Under the pieces are notes generated by a model. That model worked only from the letters and a program-made list of their open reading frames with translations. It had not been told where the DNA came from and did no database searches. This document shows positions 7,891-18,154 of a DNA stretch of 59,255 nt, in pieces. The position numbers and the translations under genes are program-made. This DNA comes from an uncultured Mollicutes bacterium (GTDB taxonomy: Bacteria; Bacillota_I; Bacilli_A; RFN20; CAG-826), in assembly GCA_900542595.1 (NCBI GenBank), contig UQOB01000001.1, forward strand, positions 1 to 59,255, written 5' to 3'. Position 1 is the stretch's first letter. Each line of letters opens with the position of its first letter.

Positions 7891-9863
7891 TTATTAATTT
7901 CCCCTTTTAATTCAAAAATAATATCCCGGATTTGCGCAGCTTTTTCGAAATCGAGATTTTTCGCTGCCTCCCGCATCTGTTTCTCTAAACTCTTGATATA
8001 GTCCTCAATTTTCTTCTTGGGAGCTTTCTTATCAATGATGAGTTCCGTGTCATTTTCGGTGTTGGTAAGAGGTGGCCTAATCTCTTTATGGATGGTGGTC
8101 GGAATGATGCCGTTCTCCTCGTTATACTTTTCTTGAATGGCCCGTCTTCTTCTGGTTTCCGTTATCGCTTCATCCATGCTCTTAGTGATGGTATCCGCGT
8201 ACATGATGACGGTCCCGTTACTGTTTCTCGCGGCCCGTCCGATGACCTGAATTAAAGAAGTCGTGCTTCTTAAGAAGCCTTCCTTATCAGCATCGAGGAT
8301 CGCGATTAAACTGACTTCCGGAATATCTAAACCTTCTCTCAACAAGTTAATACCGACTAGAACATCATATTTACCTCGCCTTAAATCGTAGATAATCTGC
8401 GTTCTTTCTAAGGTCTTTGTTTCATTATGGAGATAAGCGACTTTGATGCCTTCCCCTTTGAGGTAAGAAGTTAAGTCTTCCGCCATTTTGATGGTCAAAG
8501 TGACAATCATCGTCCGTTCGTTCTTCGCGATTCTTTGTTGAATCTCATTGAGCAAATCATCGATTTGCCCCATCGTCTTTCTTACTTCAATCATCGGGTC
8601 CAAAAGACCGGTAGGCCTAATGATTTGTTCCACTACTTCATGGTTACAGTGTTCCATTTCGTAAGGTCCTGGGGTCGCGGAAGTAAAAATAACTTGGTTC
8701 GGCATCAAGCTTTCAAATTCTTTAAAGGATAAGGGTCTATTATCGAGAGCGCTCGGGAGACGGAACCCATAATCCACCAAGGTTTGTTTTCTCGATAAGT
8801 TCCCGTTATACATCCCGTTTAATTGGGGGATAGTGACGTGGCTTTCGTCGATCATTAAAAGGAAATCTTTCGGGTAATAATCTAAGAGAGTCCAGGGTCT
8901 CGCTCCGGGTGGACGATTATCGATATGCCGAGAATAGTTTTCAATCCCCGGGCACATTCCGAACTCTTTTAAAGAATCGATATCTTGCCGAGTTCGGCTT
9001 TCTAAGCGTTCCGCTTCAAGGAGTTTTCCTTCTTTCTTAAAGTATTCCAAACGTTCTTCTAATTCTTTTTCAATATTGACGCAAGCGGCTTGGATCCTTG
9101 CCTTCGTGGAAGCGTGGTCATAAGCCGGGTAAATCGGGTAAGTTTTAAAGCTTCTCCTAATTTGGCCAGTCATGCTATCGACTTCGCTGATCTTTTCTAC
9201 TTCATCCCCAAAACAATCGATTCGGACAAAGTATTCCCTGGTTATCATCGGAGCGATATCGATGATATCCCCGTGCACTCTGAAACTACCTGGCGGCAAA
9301 TCAAAGTTATTGCGTTTATATTGAGCTTCCACTAAACGGGAAAATAATTTTTTCCGGTCTAAGGTTTCCCCTTCCCTTATTTCAAAAACTAAGCCACGAT
9401 ATTCTTCAGGGTCGCTTAAGTCAAAGATGGCGGCGACACTGGCGACGATGATAGTATCGGATCTTTCCAGAACACTATTGACCGCGCTCGTCCTGAGCAT
9501 TTCGATATCTTCATTCATCACCGCGTTCTTTTCGATATAGGTGTCGCTTTTCGGAACATAGGCTTCCGGTTGATAAAAATCGAAGTTCGAAACAAAATAT
9601 TCCACTCGGTTATTGGGGAAGAGTTCTTTAAATTCTCCGTAAAGTTGAGACGCTAAAGTTTTATTATGAACTAAGACTAAAGTCGGCTTATTAAGCTTTG
9701 CAATAATGTTAGCGGCCGTAAAGGTTTTCCCCGTCCCGGTCGCCCCTAAAATAACATTGAACTTTTTCCCGTGCTCAATGTTTTCTAAAGTCTTTTTGAT
9801 CGCTTCCGGTTGGTCACCTGTCGGTTTATAAGGAGAGATTAATTGGAAATTATTTTTGATCAT
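7887..9863 (-). CDS. uvrB: Excinuclease ABC subunit B
   Basis: Walker A GATGTGKT, helicase motifs and the C-terminal UVR domain (FEKAAQIRD). Confidence 0.97.
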   Translation of the reverse strand: MIKNNFQLISPYKPTGDQPEAIKKTLENIEHGKKFNVILGATGTGKTFTAANIIAKLNKPTLVLVHNKTLASQLYGEFKELFPNNRVEYFVSNFDFYQPEAYVPKSDTYIEKNAVMNEDIEMLRTSAVNSVLERSDTIIVASVAAIFDLSDPEEYRGLVFEIREGETLDRKKLFSRLVEAQYKRNNFDLPPGSFRVHGDIIDIAPMITREYFVRIDCFGDEVEKISEVDSMTGQIRRSFKTYPIYPAYDHASTKARIQAACVNIEKELEERLEYFKKEGKLLEAERLESRTRQDIDSLKEFGMCPGIENYSRHIDNRPPGARPWTLLDYYPKDFLLMIDESHVTIPQLNGMYNGNLSRKQTLVDYGFRLPSALDNRPLSFKEFESLMPNQVIFTSATPGPYEMEHCNHEVVEQIIRPTGLLDPMIEVRKTMGQIDDLLNEIQQRIAKNERTMIVTLTIKMAEDLTSYLKGEGIKVAYLHNETKTLERTQIIYDLRRGKYDVLVGINLLREGLDIPEVSLIAILDADKEGFLRSTTSLIQVIGRAARNSNGTVIMYADTITKSMDEAITETRRRRAIQEKYNEENGIIPTTIHKEIRPPLTNTENDTELIIDKKAPKKKIEDYIKSLEKQMREAAKNLDFEKAAQIRDIIFELKGEINK

Positions 9864-10836
9864 TGTTCTTAGAATCTTTTTTCGACTCGTTCTTTAAGAA
9901 AGGAATAGGTTTTAAGGGTTCGAAACCTTCACCATTGATCGCTTTCGCTAAGGTGAAACAGACGAAAGCCCGGGGATCAATTTCTGCAATGCGGCTCCGT
10001 AAGATATTTTCTTCGTCACGATAAATGACGACCCAAATCATGATTCGTTTTTCACCGGAATAGCCGCCTTGGCTTTCAAATAAGGTTGTCGCGTGCCCTA
10101 ATTCATCATGGATGAAAAGCTGAATATCCTCGTATTTCTCGCTTATAATTTCGCAAATTATATAAGCGTTCCCTCGGATATAGATAAATTGAATCGCTAA
10201 CGCGCAGCATAAAGCGGTGATGATACCGACCAAGCCTTTAAAGACATCTTGGAAGACAATCATACCGATGATGATTAACGTCGCATCAATCAAGAAAGAA
10301 GAAATATCTTCTTTGATATGGAAATACTTTTTAAGGATTCGACTAATAACGTCAACACCACCAGTAGAACCATTGCCTAAATACGAAATCGCCACCCCGG
10401 CACCGGTTAAGAAACCGCCGAAGAGACCGAGGAGCAACAGTTTTCCATAGCTCGAAGGATCCGCGATTAAGTTAAAAGCTTCCGCTAAGTTAAGACGGAG
10501 GAATAAGGAATAGAAAATGGGGTAAGCAACAGTGCTCAAAAGGGTTCTTAAACTAAATTTCTTCCCAACGAAGATTAAACCTAAGAACCAGAATAAAGCT
10601 TGGGTGATACCAACGATGATATCGTAGGCTTGGAAACCCGTCGCCCCTTCAATCCAGGCATTGAATAAGATACCGATAGAGAGGATACCACCGCTGACGA
10701 TATCGCAAGGAGTTAAGAAGACCGCCGAAGCAAAGGATAAAATAATGCTCCCGACGATGACGAGCAAAGTGTTCTTCAACTCCCGATAAAGCTTTAACTT
10801 CTTCGGGTCTTTAATTTTGAGTTCGACCAGCCCCAT
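9850..10836 (-). CDS. YitT-family membrane protein with C-terminal DUF2179 domain
   Basis: Five or six TM helices followed by a soluble C-terminal domain. Typical YitT architecture. Confidence 0.75.
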   Translation of the reverse strand: MGLVELKIKDPKKLKLYRELKNTLLVIVGSIILSFASAVFLTPCDIVSGGILSIGILFNAWIEGATGFQAYDIIVGITQALFWFLGLIFVGKKFSLRTLLSTVAYPIFYSLFLRLNLAEAFNLIADPSSYGKLLLLGLFGGFLTGAGVAISYLGNGSTGGVDVISRILKKYFHIKEDISSFLIDATLIIIGMIVFQDVFKGLVGIITALCCALAIQFIYIRGNAYIICEIISEKYEDIQLFIHDELGHATTLFESQGGYSGEKRIMIWVVIYRDEENILRSRIAEIDPRAFVCFTLAKAINGEGFEPLKPIPFLKNESKKDSKNNDQK

Positions 10837-11936
10837 CTTTACTCTCCTTTTCTAAATAACTATATAACATATCAAGGATATCGCCGTCCATGATGCCACT
10901 GACATCGCTGGTTTCGTATCCTGTTCTGTTATCTTTGACTAAAGTATAGGGGCAGAAAACGTAGCTCCGAATCTGGCTTCCCCACTCGATGTTCTTTTGC
11001 TCACCGATGATCGATTGCATCTTTTGCTGCCGTTCTTCAATCTTCCGTTGCATAAGCTTATTTGTCAGCATTTCCATACAGGTTTGTTTATTCAAAAGCT
11101 GCGATCTTTCAATTTCGCATTGAACGACAATCCCAGTCGGAATGTGAGTAATACGGACAGCCGAAGATACTTTATTGACGTTTTGGCCACCAGCGCCACC
11201 GCTCCGGAAAGTATCGACCCGTAAATCTTTAGGGTCGATAACAACGTCACTGACTTCGCTAAATTCCGGAACAACAGAAACCGAGGCAAAAGAAGTGTGT
11301 CTTCTAGCATTAGCATCGAAGGGACTAATTCTCACTAACCGATGAACTCCCTTCTCACCTTTCAGTAGCCCATAAGTGTGTTCTCCACTAATCTTCATGG
11401 TCACACTCTTAAGACCCGCTTCTTCTCCGGCTTCATAAGAAAAGATTTGGTAAGTGAAACCATTCTTTTCGCAGAACCTCTTATACATCCGAAAAAGCAT
11501 GTCCGCCCAGTCTTGAGCTTCCGTGCCACCGGCACCCGGGTGAATTTCTAAAAGGCAATTTAAATTATCGTATTCCCCGCTAAAGAGGAGAACCTTTCTT
11601 AAGTCCTCTGTTTCTTGATCAAGCTCATCCTCGATATCATTAGCGAGCAGGGTTTTATCATCATTTGAAAGGCTTTCATCTTCTAAAATACCCTGCAAAT
11701 CTTGAATATTTGTTTGGATTTTCTCAAAAGAGCTGACTTTATTCTTCAACGAATTATATTCGTTTAAAACTTTTACTGCGCTCTTCTTATCGCCCCAGAA
11801 GCCATCGGTATTTTGCTCGTCTTCTAAGACTTTGATTCGTTCTTTAATTTTTGGGAGGTCAAAGAGAATCACCGAGTTGACGGCAAAGCTTTAATAGTTC
11901 CGCGTTATGTTGTTTAAGTTCCACCAACTCTTTCAT
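10811..11936 (-). CDS. prfB: Peptide chain release factor 2, requiring a programmed +1 frameshift at CTT TGA C (TGA at 11859-11861)
   Basis: ORF0 MKELVELKQHNAELLKLCRQLGDSL ends at an in-frame TGA within CTTTGAC. An SD-like GGTGAT lies 3 nt upstream of the CTT. The +1 frame continues DLPKIKERIK... and contains SPF and GGQ motifs. Confidence 0.9.
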
Positions 11937-11937
11937 G

Positions 11938-14403
11938 TTATTCCTTCTTTGCTTCGACCTTTTCTGGTTGTAAATCTTCTTTGGTTTCTTTTGTTTCAGC
12001 GGCCTTTGGAGCATCCGCGGCTTTGACTTCCGTAGCTTGTTCGGCTGGCTTTTCTTCTTGCCGTTTGATTTGGACATTTAAAAGGCTATAAGCCACGTCG
12101 ACCGCGACCTTTTCATTCATTTCTTTGAACATTTGATAGCCTTCATTGACGTAATCTTGGAGAGGATTCGTTTGAGCGTAGCTTCTTAAGTTAATCCCTT
12201 CTCGTAAGTGGCTCATGGTATCGATATGGCCTTGCCAAGCTCGATCGATAACTCTTAAGGTTAATTGTCTTTCCACCATGTCAGCTTCTTTCGCGGTCCA
12301 GGTCTTTCTCTTTTGGAGATACGTCGCATATAAGAGTTCACCTAAATCTTCACCGGCTTCCATCGCGACACTTCCGTCATAGGCTAAAGCGTTGAAGCTT
12401 CCCTCTTTTAAGAACTTCGGTTCCACTAATTGTTTAAGAGTGTCCCCGCTGACTAAACCATCGACCGAGTTTTCATCGACCGCTTTATTGGCTAAATAGT
12501 GACCGGCGGTCATGAAGTTATCGTGGATTAAGTTGACGATATCGTCCGCCATCAGGATGCTATCCCGTTTCTTATAGATGATGTCTCTTTGTTTCGCTAA
12601 GACGTCATCGTAATCTTTTAAGTTCTTCCGGACATCGAAGTTACGTCCTTCAATTTGCTTTTGAGCGTTAGTTACCGCGTTCATCAGCATCCTATTTTCA
12701 TAAGCTTCGTCTTGGAGGTTATTGACGATCATATTCCGGATATTCGGTGAAGCAAATCTTCTTAAAAGTTCATCATCAAAGCTGACGAAGAAACGGCTAT
12801 AACCCGGGTCCCCTTGCCGACCACTCCGACCACGGAGCTGGTTATCAATCCGGCGGGATTCATGCCGTTCCGTCCCGAGGACGCAGAGGCCACCGAGTTC
12901 CTTAACTTTATCATCGAGCTTAATATCGGTACCCCGACCAGCCATGTTAGTCGCGAGCGTAACCGCTCCGACTTCCCCAGCGTGACTGATGATTTCCGCT
13001 TCCCGAGCTTGATTTTTCGCGTTTAAGACTTCGTGAGGAATATGAGCGGCGGTGAGTAAAGCTGAAATTTCTTCGTTACTTTCAACGGAAACCGTACCGA
13101 TGAGGACGGGTTGGCCTTTCGCGTGCCGTTTTTCAACTTCCTTAACTAAAGCTTTTAACTTCGCTTGATGGGTACCGAAGATTAAATCGGTATCGTCGAT
13201 CCGTTGAACAGGCCTATTGGTCGGAATGCAGACAACCTTCATGTTATAGATAGTTTGGAATTCTTCTTCTTCAGTTTTCGCAGTCCCCGTCATCCCACTG
13301 AGCTTGGTATAAAGACGGAAGAAGTTCTGGTAAGTAATCGTCGCGAAGACGACAGTTTCTTGTTTAATTTCCACCCCTTCTTTCGCTTGGATAGCTTGTT
13401 GGAGACCATCGTTATATTCTCTTCCCGGCATAATCCGACCCGTGAATTGGTCGATGAGTTGAATTTGGTGATTTTGGTCGACCATATATTCAACGTCCCG
13501 GCTCATGATGTAGTTCGCTTTTAAGGCTTGGTGAATCCGGTGCACGAGGTCGTTATATTGGGGATCATAAAGGTTTCTGACCCCGAACATTTTTTCGGCT
13601 TTGTTATTCCCTTCTTCGGTTAATGAACAAGTTTTATCTTTTTCTTCAATCTTGAAATCCCGGTCCTTCTTCAACATTTTGACAAAGCGGTCCGCGACTA
13701 AATATTGAGAAGCGGGTGCCCGGCTTCCACCGCTGATGATGAGCGGGGTTCTACTTTCATCGATTAAAATGCTATCGGCTTCGTCGACAATCGCTAAGTT
13801 AAGACCTCTTAAGACCCGGCCTTCCAGGTTCGGGGCCATGTTGTCTCTTAAGTAGTCGAAACCGAGTTCGCTATTGGTCGTATAGGTAATATCGCAAGCG
13901 TAAGCTTCTCTTTTTTCTTTCGTTTGTTTACTGGCTAAGTTAACCCCGACAGTAAGCCCGAGGAACCGATAGATTTCACCCATCCACTCGGCGTCCCGTT
14001 GGGCTAAGTATTCGTTAACCGTGATGACGTGGACACCTTTTCCGGATAAAGCGTTAAGATAGACCGCCATCGTAGCGGTTAAGGTTTTGCCTTCCCCGGT
14101 CTTCATTTCAGCGACGTCGCCATTATGAAGGACTAACGCCCCGATAATTTGAACTTTGAAGGGTTTTTGATGTAAGACCCGCCAAGCCGCTTCCCGAGCG
14201 ACCGCGAAAGCTTCGTATTTAATGTCGTCGAGCGTGGCCCCGTTGGCTAAGGCTTCTTTAAACTCAACTGTTTTGTGAATCAATTGCTCATCGGTGAGCT
14301 TGCTCATTTCTTCGTCATACGCAATGACACGATCAGCTTCTCTAGCGTACTTATTAAGTTCCCGCCGTTCTAAATGGAATATTTTTTCAATAATGTTTGC
14401 CAC
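11938..14403 (-). CDS. secA: Preprotein translocase ATPase SecA
   Basis: GTG start after AGGAG. Motifs MKTGEGKTL and DEAD-like IVDEADSILIDE. The Lys/Glu-rich C-terminal tail lacks a zinc finger. Confidence 0.97.
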   Translation of the reverse strand: MANIIEKIFHLERRELNKYAREADRVIAYDEEMSKLTDEQLIHKTVEFKEALANGATLDDIKYEAFAVAREAAWRVLHQKPFKVQIIGALVLHNGDVAEMKTGEGKTLTATMAVYLNALSGKGVHVITVNEYLAQRDAEWMGEIYRFLGLTVGVNLASKQTKEKREAYACDITYTTNSELGFDYLRDNMAPNLEGRVLRGLNLAIVDEADSILIDESRTPLIISGGSRAPASQYLVADRFVKMLKKDRDFKIEEKDKTCSLTEEGNNKAEKMFGVRNLYDPQYNDLVHRIHQALKANYIMSRDVEYMVDQNHQIQLIDQFTGRIMPGREYNDGLQQAIQAKEGVEIKQETVVFATITYQNFFRLYTKLSGMTGTAKTEEEEFQTIYNMKVVCIPTNRPVQRIDDTDLIFGTHQAKLKALVKEVEKRHAKGQPVLIGTVSVESNEEISALLTAAHIPHEVLNAKNQAREAEIISHAGEVGAVTLATNMAGRGTDIKLDDKVKELGGLCVLGTERHESRRIDNQLRGRSGRQGDPGYSRFFVSFDDELLRRFASPNIRNMIVNNLQDEAYENRMLMNAVTNAQKQIEGRNFDVRKNLKDYDDVLAKQRDIIYKKRDSILMADDIVNLIHDNFMTAGHYLANKAVDENSVDGLVSGDTLKQLVEPKFLKEGSFNALAYDGSVAMEAGEDLGELLYATYLQKRKTWTAKEADMVERQLTLRVIDRAWQGHIDTMSHLREGINLRSYAQTNPLQDYVNEGYQMFKEMNEKVAVDVAYSLLNVQIKRQEEKPAEQATEVKAADAPKAAETKETKEDLQPEKVEAKKE

Positions 14404-14452
14404 GGTAATCTCCTAAAATCGTTAATGATATTATCATTAAACACCCGTTATA

Positions 14453-15097
14453 TCAATTATCGGACAACGGACTTTTCTTCATGGTTCTCGTAAAGACGAG
14501 GGAAAGGACTTTCTTAGGTTGAAAGGGAAGAAGAAGTTCTTTACTCGCTAAAAGGGAACTACCAGTTGTTTTGATGTCATCGATAATTAAGAGTTTTTTG
14601 CCGGTTATTTGTTCTCCGTTTACGACCATGAGGTTATTTTTAACCTTCATCCGTTCTTCTTTTGAGAGATCAGCTTGCTTGATATCTTTAATTTTCTTTA
14701 AACAATGAATGATGGGAAGGTTTAAGGGTTTAAACATCTCCACCACATGGTTAAAACCTCGTTTTTCATCACCTTCTTTGGACGATGGAACGGGCACTAA
14801 AACATATGAGCGAAAATAGTGATGAAGTACTTTGGCTGTCCTTTCAAAAAAGACCGATGAAAGCTCAATATCCCCTAAGCCTTTAAACTGATAAATGAGG
14901 GATTTAATGGTTTCAGTGTAATGGGATAAATAGTAAGTTGTTAGGTCATCTTGCACCTCCTTTTCAAAGTTAATATCTAGCGTTCGGTAACACTTATCGC
15001 AGATATGGGAATCTGGAGTAAATAGCGTTGAGAAATTGTGGTCATTAATTGGGGAGAAACATATCTTGCAAAAAGCGGTTACTGCTTTCGATTTCAT
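14453..15097 (-). CDS. comFC: ComF family protein (phosphoribosyltransferase-like, N-terminal Cys4 finger)
   Basis: CKIC...CDKC finger and the PRTase motif LLIIDDIKTTGSS. It overlaps the comFA 3' end by 53 nt. Confidence 0.8.
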   Translation of the reverse strand: MKSKAVTAFCKICFSPINDHNFSTLFTPDSHICDKCYRTLDINFEKEVQDDLTTYYLSHYTETIKSLIYQFKGLGDIELSSVFFERTAKVLHHYFRSYVLVPVPSSKEGDEKRGFNHVVEMFKPLNLPIIHCLKKIKDIKQADLSKEERMKVKNNLMVVNGEQITGKKLLIIDDIKTTGSSLLASKELLLPFQPKKVLSLVFTRTMKKSPLSDN

Positions 15098-16220
15098 CGA
15101 TGGCTCCTTTCATGCTCGGGGTCACTTTTTCCGCTAAAAATAGTACGTCCCCATCAGGATAATCTTTCTTCCTTCCCACTCGACCGCTGATCTGGATGAG
15201 GGTTTCTTTATCAAAGATTTCTTCTTGATCACTTTCGATAATAATCACCTGTAAATTAGGGAAAGTAACCCCGCGTTCTAAGATACTGGTCGTCACTAAA
15301 TAACTCAGTTCCTTGTTCTTGAATTTTCTTAATATTTCCTCCCGATTTTCTTTCTTAGAATGGATAACTTCTCCGTCCTTTTTCACCAATCGTAGTTTGC
15401 TATAAAATTCTTCCGCAATATCAATCGTTGGGCAGAAGATAAAAGCCCCTTTTCCTTCCTTTTTATAGTCCACCAATTTCTTAATAACGTAAAAAAGAGC
15501 GAACTTATGCGGAAATAATTTGATTTGTGGAACGGGAATTTGATGTTTATGAAACCTCGTTCTTAATTCCAAAATATTCTTATTTCCTCGGCGGAATTCC
15601 GTTAAGAGTTCTTCGCTTGGCGTGGCGGTCATGATGACTTTTTGCCCTCTTAATGCCCTTTTAAAGAAGGTTTGAAGAACGTCGTTTCCTTTATAGGGAA
15701 AGGCATCAATCTCATCAAAGATTAAGAGATCAAAATACTTCTCGTACCGGAATAATTGATGAGAAGTTAAGACGATGATTTCTCCATCAAGCTTTTCGGT
15801 TTCGCCCCCGTAGACTAAGGTCACTTGGGTGTTGGGGAAAGCCGTCTTTAAACGTTCACAAAGTTCCTTCGCTACTTCTCTTCTCGGCAAGCAAAACCCT
15901 ACTTGATCATTTCTTTGAAGGGCTAACAAGATGACCCCGAAAACGAGCTCGGTTTTACCCGCTCCACAGACAGCATAAATTAAACTATCTCGCCTATTGA
16001 TATAGGCCTGGATAACTTTATCGGAAATTTCTTTTTGTTCTTCCGTTAGTTCATAAGCTAAATCAAGAACGGGTTTATTTACTCTAAACCTTCTGGGTTT
16101 TGCTTTTTCGCCTTGAAAGGTGATGCACTTTCGGCAATAGGCTCGGCCATTTTTATAGCCCAAATATCTGGGGTCAGAGTTACCGCAGACGTGGCAAACA
16201 TATAAAAAAAGCTCCCTCAT
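15045..16220 (-). CDS. comFA: ComFA-like DEAD/DEAH-box helicase (DNA uptake ATPase)
   Basis: N-terminal CHVC...CRKC finger, Walker A CGAGKTE, DEID box and SGRVGR motif VI. Confidence 0.85.
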   Translation of the reverse strand: MRELFLYVCHVCGNSDPRYLGYKNGRAYCRKCITFQGEKAKPRRFRVNKPVLDLAYELTEEQKEISDKVIQAYINRRDSLIYAVCGAGKTELVFGVILLALQRNDQVGFCLPRREVAKELCERLKTAFPNTQVTLVYGGETEKLDGEIIVLTSHQLFRYEKYFDLLIFDEIDAFPYKGNDVLQTFFKRALRGQKVIMTATPSEELLTEFRRGNKNILELRTRFHKHQIPVPQIKLFPHKFALFYVIKKLVDYKKEGKGAFIFCPTIDIAEEFYSKLRLVKKDGEVIHSKKENREEILRKFKNKELSYLVTTSILERGVTFPNLQVIIIESDQEEIFDKETLIQISGRVGRKKDYPDGDVLFLAEKVTPSMKGAIDEIESSNRFLQDMFLPN

Positions 16221-16239
16221 ATTCTTTTATAGGGAGCTT
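16202..16239 (-). terminator. Rho-independent terminator after rpiB; its loop and 3' arm contain the comFA start codon and codons 2-4
   Basis: Read on the minus strand as AAGCTCCCT-ataaaagaatATG-AGGGAGCTT followed by TTTTT. It has a 9-bp perfect stem. Confidence 0.65.
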
Positions 16240-16253
16240 CTTATTGTTTTGTC

Positions 16254-16703
16254 TTATTTATTTTCGTATGCGAGGATTTTATCAACTCGTTTTTGGTGCC
16301 GACCCCCTTCAAAGGCAGTGGTTAAAAAGATGATGGAGCGCCTTTCAATGTCTTTGATATCCATGAATCTCGCTCCGAAGGTGATGACGTTCGCGTCGTT
16401 ATGTTGCCTCGCTAAACGGCTAACTTCGTCGTTATACCCGATAGCGGCCCTGACACCTTTCGCCTTATTAGCGGCCATCTCCACCCCTTCCCCGCTACCG
16501 CAGATGAGGATGCCGAGAATATGGTCTTTCATGACTGTTTCCCCAACTTTAAAAGCGAAGTCTGGATAATCGCAGCTGAGTAAAGAATCCGTTCCGACAT
16601 CGGTGACATCATAACCTTCACCTTTTAAGAATTCTTTTAACTGTTCTTTCGCTTCAAAACCGGCATGGTCACTTCCGATGACAACTTTCTTAGATAAGTC
16701 CAT
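16254..16703 (-). CDS. rpiB: Ribose-5-phosphate isomerase B (RpiB/LacA/LacB family)
   Basis: VVIGSDHAGFEAKE and ILICGSGEGVEMAANK are typical of the family. Confidence 0.9.
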   Translation of the reverse strand: MDLSKKVVIGSDHAGFEAKEQLKEFLKGEGYDVTDVGTDSLLSCDYPDFAFKVGETVMKDHILGILICGSGEGVEMAANKAKGVRAAIGYNDEVSRLARQHNDANVITFGARFMDIKDIERRSIIFLTTAFEGGRHQKRVDKILAYENK

Positions 16704-17307
16704 GGTCTTTTAATCCTTTCTCAATCGTTTCAAAGGGAACTTTCCCTTGTCTGATTAACTTAATTTTACCATCTGTAACTTGGACGATGGTGCTCGGGAC
16801 ATTGAAAGGTACTTCTTGGTACACAATCGCGGCTACTTCCCCATCAAATACTTTTATAATCTCATCCGGTTCTGTAATCGGGGCTTCCCCAGAATGGTTG
16901 CAGGAGGTCACTAAAGCCGCACCGCCCGCTAAACGGAGAATCTCTTGAGCAGACGGAAAATCAGGAACCCGAATTCCAATGTATTTGGTTCCTAAGGTGA
17001 TCCAATGAGGAAGATTATCTTTGGCTTCCGCAATAAGAGTAACTTGACCTGGGAAGAAGTTATCGAGGATATATTCGGAAATTGGGTCTTTTCTAAGGTA
17101 AGATTTCGCTACCTCATTACTTGCGCACATCAAGGTGAACGGCTTCTCGGGTGGCCGTTTTTTAATCTTCACAAGTTCATCATAGCCGTCTTCCGTTTCA
17201 ATCGTCCCGGCTAAACCGTAAACGGTATCCGTGGGGAAACAAATCGCCTTCCCTTGCTTTAAATATTCAGCGGCTTTTTCAGTATCTTTTAAGCTAAGTT
17301 TTTCCAT
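16690..17307 (-). CDS. tsaC: L-threonylcarbamoyladenylate synthase, YrdC-domain only (TsaC type)
   Basis: 205 aa with FPTDTVYGLAG and KKRPPEKPF motifs. There is no Sua5 C-terminal domain. Confidence 0.85.
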   Translation of the reverse strand: MEKLSLKDTEKAAEYLKQGKAICFPTDTVYGLAGTIETEDGYDELVKIKKRPPEKPFTLMCASNEVAKSYLRKDPISEYILDNFFPGQVTLIAEAKDNLPHWITLGTKYIGIRVPDFPSAQEILRLAGGAALVTSCNHSGEAPITEPDEIIKVFDGEVAAIVYQEVPFNVPSTIVQVTDGKIKLIRQGKVPFETIEKGLKDHGLI

Positions 17308-17308
17308 A

Positions 17309-18154
17309 TTACGCCTTCACAAAAACGATTAAAAATCTCTTAAAACCATTTAAATCATCCAGGAATTGATAGGAATAATTCGATAAATAGGTTTTCATAA
17401 TCTTCTCTAAATAGGGCACTAATTCCGGCGAGATTTCAAAGAACATTAAGAGCTGATTTTTCATCACATTCTTATATTCTCTAAAGATTTTTAAATAGAC
17501 ATTATCATCTTCTTTAAAGTATAAAGCGCTGGAGGGTTCAAACTCTTTAACGGAGTTCTGCAGATATTCATTTTCCGTGATATATGGGGGATTAGAAACA
17601 ATGATATCGAGGTTCATTTTTTCCGCCATATAGGGTCTTAAAGCATCCCCTTGTAAGAGACGGATATTCGCTCCATGTTTTTCTTTATTAATCTTGGCGA
17701 CTTCTAAGGCGTCTTTCGAGATATCGCTTCCAGTGATGAGCCAGGATGGGAAATATTCTTTTAATGTAATAGCGATCGCCCCACTCCCGGTCCCGATATC
17801 GGCGACAACGAGATAATTTCTTGGGTCAAAGTAATCGGAGACGCGTTCAGTGATTAACGCTACAAGTTCTTCGGTTTCGCCTCTTGGAATCAAGACCCGA
17901 TTGTCAACGTAAAATTGATTATTTAAGAATTCCGTTTGATGGGTGATGTATTCGACCGGTTCCCCTTCTTTCAGCCTTTCAACTTGACTAAAAAAGAGTT
18001 CCGGGTCTTTTAATTCTTCATCCCCTTTTACAAGGACATCAATTTGGTTTTTAAAGCCTTGATCGGCCATCAGTAAAAGCCGGAGGTCAAGAGCCATAAT
18101 ACCGGCGCCTTTTCCTTCATCAAAGGCTTTCTTTAAGGCATCTTTAATTTTCAT
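17309..18154 (-). CDS. prmC: Release factor glutamine N5-methyltransferase
   Basis: SAM motif DIGTGSGAIA and catalytic NPPY (VSNPPYI). It sits directly downstream of prfA. Confidence 0.85.
   Translation of the reverse strand: MKIKDALKKAFDEGKGAGIMALDLRLLLMADQGFKNQIDVLVKGDEELKDPELFFSQVERLKEGEPVEYITHQTEFLNNQFYVDNRVLIPRGETEELVALITERVSDYFDPRNYLVVADIGTGSGAIAITLKEYFPSWLITGSDISKDALEVAKINKEKHGANIRLLQGDALRPYMAEKMNLDIIVSNPPYITENEYLQNSVKEFEPSSALYFKEDDNVYLKIFREYKNVMKNQLLMFFEISPELVPYLEKIMKTYLSNYSYQFLDDLNGFKRFLIVFVKA

Noticed and set aside
11859-12077. 72-aa ORF in the track (MSKSNGKKKSQPNKLRK...).
   Set aside because: Most of it overlaps the 3' end of secA in another frame and is low-complexity Lys-rich translation. 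Only its last 25 codons (from the ATG at 11936) are real, being ORF0 of prfB before the +1 frameshift.
16249-16569. 106-aa plus-strand ORF opposite rpiB.
   Set aside because: It is fully contained in rpiB, which has unmistakable family motifs. No independent evidence supports it.
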